Shown piece after piece: positions 52,613 to 60,552 of a stretch of DNA of 64,000 nt. The stretch is taken from NCBI GenBank assembly GCA_964566135.1, contig CAZMHM010000006.1, forward strand, positions 2,973-66,972. The letters run 5' to 3'. Both the position numbers and the translations under genes were made by a program. Each line of letters begins with the position of its first letter. The first letter of the stretch is position 1. Origin of the DNA: an uncultured Candidatus Saccharibacteria bacterium. Its GTDB lineage: Bacteria > Patescibacteriota > Saccharimonadia > Saccharimonadales > CAIOMD01. The notes beneath the pieces are model-generated. The model was not told where the DNA came from. It saw only the letters and a program-made list of their open reading frames with translations, and made no database searches.

Positions 52613-52642
52613 TTGACAAAACTTTTTTAACGGGTGTACAGT
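52613..52642 (+). promoter_or_regulatory. candidate promoter TTGACA-18-TACAGT in the divergent intergenic region
   Basis: TTGACA at 52613-52618 and TACAGT at 52637-52642, upstream of an AGGAGG Shine-Dalgarno and the ATG at 52700. Confidence 0.4.
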
Positions 52643-52699
52643 GGGTTTAAGAGGCAAAACTCGGGACCTAAAAACATACAAAATCAAAGGAGGCAAAGT

Positions 52700-53554
52700 A
52701 TGCGCTATCGTCAGCGCACTGAGCCATTGCATGAGGTGGGCGAATGCAATGACCTGGATGTTATGGTTGTAAGAGGCCTAGATTTGCGTGGTTCAAGAGC
52801 AATTCAGCATGCGCTTGAGTCATTAGGCGAACAAACGGGTGGTGTTATCGAGCCGATTAGTATTGGCGAAATCCCATTTCCTATATTTGGTGGGCCACTG
52901 TTAAAGCGAGCGGTAATGACGGAAAAAATTAATCGTCAAAGAGGCTCGCGCTCACAACGAGGCCCTGTTATATCTGTTGAACGTATGGATGACGTGCGTG
53001 ACGAAATTATGGATGCGCACTCGTTTGAACCCCTAACACTTAGGGTATTAGATCCGCGTGCACCGTTTCGTGTCGACGAGCATGATCAATTAGTTGTTGC
53101 GCTGAACGGTAAAAATCGTCAGTTCGAACACGATCAAAAGGGCATTATGTCTGCTATGAAAAGCATTCTTGGCGGTGTAAGCCAAGGCGAAATTGACGCC
53201 ACTACCTACTTTAAGCCGCCAAAAATCGTTGTCGCAACCGTTAATCGGCATGTGCTCGGTGTAGGCGATGATCATGATAGGTTCATGGAAAATCCAAATA
53301 CATACCTAGCAGATGTTATTAAAGGTAATAGAACCTTAGCCGATGACTTCGAAGAGGAAGTCAGGTTATTCCCGAATAGGTGTAAATTTGGTGATCCCAA
53401 GGTTGTCACTCGTATGAAAGTTCCTTCACATATTCCAATGCTGGAGCAGGCAGAAGCGGCCTATGATATCGAGTTCGATGGACTTATTGCTGTCAGAAAA
53501 GCAGAAGATGACTGGGCTGATTTTGATAGATTCCAAGAAACGGCGGCATCATAA
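52700..53554 (+). CDS. hypothetical protein (weak resemblance to the downstream gene)
   Basis: AGGAGG then 6 nt then ATG at 52700 (the ORF opens at a GTG at 52634). Stop overlaps the next start (TAATG). Confidence 0.6.
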   Translation: MRYRQRTEPLHEVGECNDLDVMVVRGLDLRGSRAIQHALESLGEQTGGVIEPISIGEIPFPIFGGPLLKRAVMTEKINRQRGSRSQRGPVISVERMDDVRDEIMDAHSFEPLTLRVLDPRAPFRVDEHDQLVVALNGKNRQFEHDQKGIMSAMKSILGGVSQGEIDATTYFKPPKIVVATVNRHVLGVGDDHDRFMENPNTYLADVIKGNRTLADDFEEEVRLFPNRCKFGDPKVVTRMKVPSHIPMLEQAEAAYDIEFDGLIAVRKAEDDWADFDRFQETAAS

Positions 53555-54390
53555 TGAGTTTTAACCATCACATACCTGCAATCCGTGGCGCAACCGAGGG
53601 CGAAAGAGAACAACATGCTAAAAGAAGTAGCCCAAACATCCCAGTGCACAGGCATGCGGTAGGAGTGTCGGTTGGTATCAATGTTGTTGACCAGGCGTTT
53701 TTGTATGGAGTTGCAGCCGATTCAGGCATAGACATTGTCGGCCAGGCGGGGCTAGAACCCGCGACGTTTGTCGCGAGCGGGCTTATGCGCGTCAAGGCTA
53801 ACCATGCAATAACCATTGCGCCAGTTACACAAATTGGTATGGAGATGTATGTACGTGACTGTGCCGCACGCCAAGCTACTACCGCTGGGCTATCTAGAGG
53901 GGGTAGGGCTACGCCAGCTCAGTTTAAAGCCGTCGCTAGCAAACTTTCAAAAAGCTTAGCTCCGCATAAGCGATTTAAGCAACCAGTAACAATCAAAGAT
54001 ATCGATTGGTATGGTGCTAATAATAATGTGTTAGTTGCGAAACTCGATACCGAAGACGCAGGTTTTGAGGCGCTCCGTGATGTGCATGGTCAAATTATGA
54101 AAGACCTAGGTGGCTTTGGCCTTGGCGAGCTAGATATTTATCCACCCGATCATGTAACGCTCCTCCGGTTTGGCACAAAGCGACATCCGATTGAGTTTAC
54201 AGAAGATATTAAACGGTACGCAAAAGATGTTATATATCCTGAGCTTGCTGGCAGGCAACTAGCGTTAGCGGGCCTTGCATTAACCAAAGCTTCTGGCGAG
54301 CCAGTTCCTATTACAAGTGGGCTATTTAAACCGTCTTTACTTTCGGGCTTTTCGATGTCAAATGATCTCGAACGTCCTATAGTGTCTTAA
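53554..54390 (+). CDS. hypothetical protein, possible 2H-phosphoesterase (LigT-like) fold
   Basis: The C-terminal half pattern VTIKDIDWYG...VLVAKL...ALRDVHGQIMKDLG...PPDHVTLLRFG resembles a LigT lobe with an HxTx motif. The N-terminal lobe has only ANHAITIA. Confidence 0.55.
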   Translation: MSFNHHIPAIRGATEGEREQHAKRSSPNIPVHRHAVGVSVGINVVDQAFLYGVAADSGIDIVGQAGLEPATFVASGLMRVKANHAITIAPVTQIGMEMYVRDCAARQATTAGLSRGGRATPAQFKAVASKLSKSLAPHKRFKQPVTIKDIDWYGANNNVLVAKLDTEDAGFEALRDVHGQIMKDLGGFGLGELDIYPPDHVTLLRFGTKRHPIEFTEDIKRYAKDVIYPELAGRQLALAGLALTKASGEPVPITSGLFKPSLLSGFSMSNDLERPIVS

Positions 54391-54458
54391 AATCAGTAGT
54401 TGTATCTAGTAGTAGCCTGCGTACTCTAGAAAAAAGTATAGTTTTGTAGTAGAATACA

Positions 54459-57275
54459 ATGTCAATGCACGACGTAATACGTATTCAGGGAGCACGCGAG
54501 CACAACCTAAAAAATATTAGTGTTGATTTGCCGCGAAATAAACTTGTTGTCATTACCGGCCTATCTGGCTCGGGTAAATCTAGCCTTGCCTTTGATACTA
54601 TTTACGCCGAAGGCCAAAGACGTTATGTTGAAAGCCTAAGTAGCTACGCACGTCAATTTTTGGGCTTAATGGAAAAGCCTGATGTCGATCAAATTGATGG
54701 TCTGAGCCCTGCAATCTCGATTGACCAAAAATCCACTAGTCGTAATCCTCGCTCGACGGTTGCGACGGTAACCGAAATTTACGATTATTTGCGTTTATTG
54801 TATGCCCGCATCGGTATTCCTCATTGCCCAATTTGCGGCAAACCAGTTTCGCGCCAGACGCCAACGATTATTGTCGATAAAGTTACAAAAGAAACCGCCG
54901 GTTCGCGCATTATGGTTTTGGCGCCGGTTGTTATAGATAAAAAAGGTGCATTCGAGCATATTCCCGAGCAATATCAGCGCGCCGGGTTTGCCCGTGCTCG
55001 TGTTGATGGCGTCGTGTATGCGCTCGATGAGTTCCCAGAGCTTGATAAAGCAAAAAAACACCGTATCGAAATTGTAATTGATCGTCTTGTATCAGACGAA
55101 ACAAGCGCCAGCCGTTTAAGCCAATCAATTGAACAATCGCTTGATATTGCCGACGGCAAATTAATTATCGTCAACGCTGATAGCAACGAAGAGTTTATGT
55201 ATTCGTTGCTGTATGCATGTATCGACCATCCTGATGTATCAATACCAGAGCTCGAACCGCGAACGTTTAGTTTTAATTCGCCACACGGTGCGTGTCCAAC
55301 CTGTACTGGTTTGGGTAATAGGCTTGAGGTCGATCCTGAGCTTGTTATTCCAAATGGACGCTTAACAATTGGCGAAGGTGCTGTCCGACCCTGGAACCGA
55401 ATTCGGGTTGATGGCTGGTATCTTAAAAAAGTAGAGGTCATGGCAGAATCGAATGGCTTTAGTACGCACGTTCCAACCGGCGAACTAACAAAAGAGCAAC
55501 TCGAAATGGTGTTGTACGGCACCGGGGACAAGGTATATACCATCCCGCTTGGTGGTGGTCGTTCGTTTGAAACTACGTTCGAGGGAGTTATTCCAAATCT
55601 CGAGCGTCGCTATAAAGAAACTGAGAGTGATTTTGTACGTCGTGATATTGAAAAATTCATGCAAGAACGCCCATGTCATGCATGTAAGGGCCGACGTTTA
55701 AAACCAGAAGTACTTGCTGTTACAGTTGCTAACTTATCTATTATTGATATATGCGAACTTTCTATTGACGATGCAGTTACGTTTTTCAGCACCCTTAAAC
55801 TCAATGATGTCGATACAACTATTGCTAAACAGATTCTAAAAGAAATCAATGCGCGCTTAACATTTTTGCAAGACGTCGGGCTTAACTATCTTAGTCTTGC
55901 ACGGAGTGCTGTAACGTTGAGTGGTGGCGAAGCACAGCGTATTCGTCTGGCAACGCAAATTGGTTCTGGCCTAACTGGTGTTTTATACGTACTAGATGAG
56001 CCATCAATTGGCTTACACCAACGCGACAATGAACGACTTATCCGAACCCTTAAACGATTACGTGATTTAGGCAACACAGTTATTGTTGTCGAGCACGACG
56101 AAGACACTATTCGTACCGCAGATTACTTAGTTGATATTGGCCCAGGTGCAGGTATCCACGGTGGTGAAATCGTGGCACACGGCACACCTGCAGAAGTAGA
56201 AAAATCACCAGATAGCATTACTGGCCAGTATTTGATTGGTAAAAAGAGTATTCCGACACCAAAAAAGCGTCGTGGCGGTAACGGTAAATCACTTGTCATA
56301 AAAGGTGCTCGCGAAAATAATCTTAAAAATATTAACGTTGAAATTCCACTTGGCCAGCTCGTTGTTGTTAGTGGCGTGAGTGGTTCGGGAAAATCAAGTC
56401 TCATCAATGATATCTTGGCTAAAGAACTCTCTGCTCGTTTACACCGCGCAAGCACCGTGCCAGGCCGCCATGATGAAATAGAAGGCATTAAGCAGCTTGA
56501 TAAAGCAATTATTATTGATCAATCACCTATTGGTCGTACGCCACGCAGCAATCCTGCAACCTATACTGGTCTATTTACACCAATTCGTGAGTTGTTTGCT
56601 GCAACCCCAGAAGCAAAAATCCGTGGCTATGGCCCAGGTAGGTTTAGTTTTAATGTGCGCGGCGGACGCTGCGAAAACTGTGCTGGTGATGGCATTATTA
56701 AGATTGAGATGCACTTTTTGCCTGATGTGTACGTACCCTGCGAAGAATGTAAGGGTAAGCGATATAATCGCGAAGCACTCGAAATTCACTATAAGGGCAA
56801 GACAATTAGTGACGTGTTAAGTATGACGTGCGAACAAGCGCTAGAGTTCTTCGAAAACATTCCAACAATTGCTCGAAAGCTACAAACGTTGGTAGATGTT
56901 GGTCTTGGTTACATCGCGCTTGGCCAATCTGCTACAACATTAAGTGGTGGCGAAGCGCAGCGTATCAAGCTTGCTACCGAGCTTTCGCGGCGTCCAACCG
57001 GCAAGACACTGTATATCTTAGACGAACCAACTACCGGTCTGCATATGGCTGACGTAGCCAAGTTGTTACATGTGTTGCACGCGCTGGTAGAGGCAGGCAA
57101 CTCAATGGTTATCATCGAACACAACTTAGACGTTATAAAGTCTGCAGACCATATTATTGACATGGGACCCGAGGGCGGTGAAGCGGGTGGCTATGTACTT
57201 GCTACAGGCACACCAGAGCAAATCGCTAAAATTCCAAAGTCGTACACTGGGCAGTTCTTGAAAAAAATGCTCTAA
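54459..57275 (+). CDS. uvrA: excinuclease ABC subunit A
   Basis: [14 protein letters not shown], two ABC modules ([18 protein letters not shown]; LSGGEAQRI twice), and zinc-finger CxxC pairs. The second ATG at 54465 is an equally plausible start. Confidence 0.97.
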   Translation: MSMHDVIRIQGAREHNLKNISVDLPRNKLVVITGLSGSGKSSLAFDTIYAEGQRRYVESLSSYARQFLGLMEKPDVDQIDGLSPAISIDQKSTSRNPRSTVATVTEIYDYLRLLYARIGIPHCPICGKPVSRQTPTIIVDKVTKETAGSRIMVLAPVVIDKKGAFEHIPEQYQRAGFARARVDGVVYALDEFPELDKAKKHRIEIVIDRLVSDETSASRLSQSIEQSLDIADGKLIIVNADSNEEFMYSLLYACIDHPDVSIPELEPRTFSFNSPHGACPTCTGLGNRLEVDPELVIPNGRLTIGEGAVRPWNRIRVDGWYLKKVEVMAESNGFSTHVPTGELTKEQLEMVLYGTGDKVYTIPLGGGRSFETTFEGVIPNLERRYKETESDFVRRDIEKFMQERPCHACKGRRLKPEVLAVTVANLSIIDICELSIDDAVTFFSTLKLNDVDTTIAKQILKEINARLTFLQDVGLNYLSLARSAVTLSGGEAQRIRLATQIGSGLTGVLYVLDEPSIGLHQRDNERLIRTLKRLRDLGNTVIVVEHDEDTIRTADYLVDIGPGAGIHGGEIVAHGTPAEVEKSPDSITGQYLIGKKSIPTPKKRRGGNGKSLVIKGARENNLKNINVEIPLGQLVVVSGVSGSGKSSLINDILAKELSARLHRASTVPGRHDEIEGIKQLDKAIIIDQSPIGRTPRSNPATYTGLFTPIRELFAATPEAKIRGYGPGRFSFNVRGGRCENCAGDGIIKIEMHFLPDVYVPCEECKGKRYNREALEIHYKGKTISDVLSMTCEQALEFFENIPTIARKLQTLVDVGLGYIALGQSATTLSGGEAQRIKLATELSRRPTGKTLYILDEPTTGLHMADVAKLLHVLHALVEAGNSMVIIEHNLDVIKSADHIIDMGPEGGEAGGYVLATGTPEQIAKIPKSYTGQFLKKML

Positions 57276-57498
57276 GCATAAGCAGAACATAATAAAGTTG
57301 ACAAAAAATCACTTATAGTTCACTATTGTAATCAATATCTTAAGATATGGTTATGGGGTAGCTGCATGATCTGCGAGCATAATTATTTATGCGCACTGAT
57401 CATGTAACTACGTGCAAGCAATTGCTTGCCGGGTGGCGCGAAAGGCATGAGTTACTAGTTTAATTTGTGCCTTTTTTATTTGGCCAAAGGGATAATTG

Positions 57499-58521
57499 AT
57501 GGCAATCGATACGCAGAATCAAGCAAGTAATTCACACGAAACAGTCGTAAAAGTTAAACACGACCGCCGACTCCCTTGGTATGTCAAACTTACGAGTGCT
57601 GCGGTTATTGGAACAGTAGCAGTAGGCGCGATAGGCCAAAAATTTGATATTCCTGGTGTTCCTAAAATTGGGGATTATTTTACCAGCACTCTTACTCCTG
57701 AAAGCACAGAAGTTCATGCAAAAAAGCTTGTTATCGAACCAGCTCATTTTTCATGTAGGGCAATTGCTGCCTATGATGCCGCAAACAGCCAGGCACTTGT
57801 GAAGGCACATGGCTTTGACCACGCCGTTGTTGCCAATAAGGCAAAAGTCGTCGTCATGGCTTGTGTTACTGAACCAGAAATGCGTCAGGTTGACGCAGCA
57901 GAACCTAATCCCGAAACAAACGTGTATCCGACAGATGTATATGTAAAGGCCAGTTCTATCGTATTTAATAGCCAATTTAGCGAACCTGACACTATGCTTG
58001 TTGACGCAAGTGGTGGCGGTACTGAGCTATTAGAGGGTGGTGGCCAAGTGGGTGATTCAATCATTGATGGCTTGTGTACGATATTCACGCTCAATAATTG
58101 CGAGAAGGGTTTAAATAATCCACTCGATGCAGCTGTGAAGACGAGTCATGAAGACCAAGCAAAAGCCGAACAGTATTTACGAATTACCATCCTACGTTCT
58201 GTGCAAGAAAAGTGTGTACTGGGTGATTGGACTGAGTTTCGAGAAATGATAGTGAAATCGTACCAGGCACAAGGACTCGCGCAAGGCGCAAGCAAATCGG
58301 ATGTAAGGGTTCATTTTGTAGACGATCGTGGTAATACATTGCCAGATAGTTTCTTGCCAGACGCATCGGCACAAGCAATCGGTTCACTTATTAAATCTGG
58401 TGCAATTACCGACACAATGCCTGATGTAGAAATTGACCCAAATAGGCAACCAACTATTGATTGTGGTTCTGCTAATACCTCAGGCGATTCATCTATTAGT
58501 AGCGTAGGGCAAGGGAATTAG
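57499..58521 (+). CDS. membrane-anchored extracytoplasmic Cys-containing protein (operon gene 1, hypothetical)
   Basis: N-terminal TM (LTSAAVIGTVAVGAIG) and about 290 external residues with conserved Cys positions shared with gene 2. Confidence 0.65.
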   Translation: MAIDTQNQASNSHETVVKVKHDRRLPWYVKLTSAAVIGTVAVGAIGQKFDIPGVPKIGDYFTSTLTPESTEVHAKKLVIEPAHFSCRAIAAYDAANSQALVKAHGFDHAVVANKAKVVVMACVTEPEMRQVDAAEPNPETNVYPTDVYVKASSIVFNSQFSEPDTMLVDASGGGTELLEGGGQVGDSIIDGLCTIFTLNNCEKGLNNPLDAAVKTSHEDQAKAEQYLRITILRSVQEKCVLGDWTEFREMIVKSYQAQGLAQGASKSDVRVHFVDDRGNTLPDSFLPDASAQAIGSLIKSGAITDTMPDVEIDPNRQPTIDCGSANTSGDSSISSVGQGN

Positions 58522-58524
58522 TAT

Positions 58525-59712
58525 ATGGCTACACGGCTAACTGCTGAAGATTTTTCTGCAATTCTTACAGGTGCTCGTAATGGCGAAGCCGTCGTCGAAA
58601 CCACAAGTGCAATTGTAGAGCCGGAGTATACAGCTACTGATTTTGTAGCAGAAACTCCACTTGAAACAGCCGAATCTTTAGATGACGCAACAGACTATGT
58701 TTCAGCGCCTCTGGCTACTCGAGGTCGACATATAAGCGCAGAATCAAGAAGCCATGACATAGATTGGAAGAAGTTCGGAACAATTGGTGCTGTTGGCACA
58801 TTGGCGCTTGTAGCTGTTGCTGGGGGAGTTTCGCTCGGCAACCGACAGACTACTCCTAGCAATCCGCCTACGATTCAGAATGGTCTTGGTGTCTTGCCAA
58901 CAAAAGCTCCGTCGGCGTCACCTAACGGCCAATCTTCAGTACCTCCAGCAGAAGCAAATCCCGAAGCTCAAGATTATAATCTTGGTTACATTGGCTTCGG
59001 TACGCAAAAAAAAGGTTGTCGCGAGCTTGGCGCTTACAGCATTGCGGCTACGACGACAATTGCAAGTCTTGGCGGTCTAAATTATTTGGTAACAATTCCC
59101 GAAACTAATGTTGATATGCTTAGTTGTGAAAATAAAGTCATAGGCACAGTCGAAAATATCCCAACAGAAGAGCCCGCTGATTTTGTTAAAAAACGCGTCA
59201 CGACAGATCAAGCAAAAATTACAGGCTATGCGTCATTTGCTAAAGGCACAAGAGCACCTACGGTAAAACCATTGTCTGAACTTCAGACTGGTTACGTGGA
59301 CAGAGGCTATAAGGCTGCAACTGTGTGCCGTTCTTTGCCATTGCTTGATGGTTGTAAAAACGCTGCAAGCTGGGCACTGACGAACGCGAAAAAATCTAAA
59401 ATTATTGCAAGCGCACAAGTACTCATACTTAAGGGAGTCCAAAAAGTATGTGGCCCGGTAGAAATTGATACAGAAAAGAAAGCCATTGCTGCAGCCTATG
59501 CGGCTCAAGCAGCCCAACTTGGCGTAGACCCAAGTCATATTGAGCTCGTCTATAAGAATCCTACAAAGGTACCGAATTATATCGGCACGCTAGTCAAAAA
59601 ACTCGCAGCAAAAGGTGCAGTTATATCAAATGCTGGATTATCAAAACTATTTCCTAAACCTGCAATTACCCCGGTATGTAAATCAGACACGATTGTCGCG
59701 TCACAAGGATAA
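58525..59712 (+). CDS. bitopic membrane protein, distant paralog of gene 1 (operon gene 2, hypothetical)
   Basis: 3-nt gap from gene 1. About 85-aa acidic cytoplasmic N-terminus, TM (IGAVGTLALVAVAGGVSLG), Pro/Ser linker, and an external domain with Cys pattern and ILKGVQKVC...AAYAAQAAQLG block similar to gene 1. Confidence 0.65.
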   Translation: MATRLTAEDFSAILTGARNGEAVVETTSAIVEPEYTATDFVAETPLETAESLDDATDYVSAPLATRGRHISAESRSHDIDWKKFGTIGAVGTLALVAVAGGVSLGNRQTTPSNPPTIQNGLGVLPTKAPSASPNGQSSVPPAEANPEAQDYNLGYIGFGTQKKGCRELGAYSIAATTTIASLGGLNYLVTIPETNVDMLSCENKVIGTVENIPTEEPADFVKKRVTTDQAKITGYASFAKGTRAPTVKPLSELQTGYVDRGYKAATVCRSLPLLDGCKNAASWALTNAKKSKIIASAQVLILKGVQKVCGPVEIDTEKKAIAAAYAAQAAQLGVDPSHIELVYKNPTKVPNYIGTLVKKLAAKGAVISNAGLSKLFPKPAITPVCKSDTIVASQG

Positions 59713-59715
59713 ATT

Positions 59716-60552
59716 ATGGCAACTATAGAATCAACACACCAGCAAGAATTAGTAAGTGGTACTTCTGCTGAAGTTGCGGAAGTAAGTACGCTTGACCCAC
59801 GAATAAGCAGGAGCCTGCATAGGCTTGACGCAATGACCTCGCACCTTGCGGATAGCTATTTCCAGACTGCCAAAGAATTAACTAATAAAGCTAGCGTATT
59901 ACAAGATCAGCTCAGTGAAGCAATCGATAAGGGTGTCGCTTTAAACGACAACTTAGCAGAAGCCAATACCACACTTACTGTTGCTATCGAAACCGAAGCC
60001 GAATGCCGGAGTTTGCGCGAACAAGCACAAGCTCGATTCGACGAAGCAGAAGAAAGAAAAGTTAAGTTTTTAGGCGCAGGTAAAGCACCCTTTGACGAGC
60101 TGGCAGAAGAAGCAATCGAGGATGAGAGTGACGTGTCAGAGGCAATTCAACAATTTCGAGAGCAACTTTTAACCATTCTTTCAATTACCGAACCAACCGA
60201 AGAAGGCGGCGAGTCAGTATTGGCTGAATTCTTCAAAGATTATCTTAATGCGCAATCAGATTTAAAAGAAAAAGTTATCAATCACGAAGAAAGCAAAAAG
60301 ACGCTCGTACTTGCACAGGACGATGTTGCTTTCTTCGAGTCAGGCATCGTAGCGCTTGAATCTGAAATTGAGGTATTACATACCCGATTAAGTAAGATGC
60401 AACAACGCCATGATACTGGACGCAAACATATTAATGGCGAGCGAAGGCATCAAGTAATTATTGATGGTCTAAGCAATTGGGCAATTGTAAGTGCATTCCG
60501 TACGGGAACCGTTACGGACGCAGATTTAAGACAGCTGGAGGGTAAAGCATGA
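59716..60552 (+). CDS. cytoplasmic coiled-coil protein (operon gene 3, hypothetical)
   Basis: 3-nt gap from gene 2. Acidic, heptad-like helical sequence throughout; no TM. Confidence 0.65.
   Translation: MATIESTHQQELVSGTSAEVAEVSTLDPRISRSLHRLDAMTSHLADSYFQTAKELTNKASVLQDQLSEAIDKGVALNDNLAEANTTLTVAIETEAECRSLREQAQARFDEAEERKVKFLGAGKAPFDELAEEAIEDESDVSEAIQQFREQLLTILSITEPTEEGGESVLAEFFKDYLNAQSDLKEKVINHEESKKTLVLAQDDVAFFESGIVALESEIEVLHTRLSKMQQRHDTGRKHINGERRHQVIIDGLSNWAIVSAFRTGTVTDADLRQLEGKA

Noticed and set aside
57276-57498. tRNA or other known small RNA gene in the uvrA downstream gap
   Set aside because: There is no cloverleaf, no GTTCRANYC T-loop and no acceptor pairing. The hairpins are better explained as terminator or leader structure.
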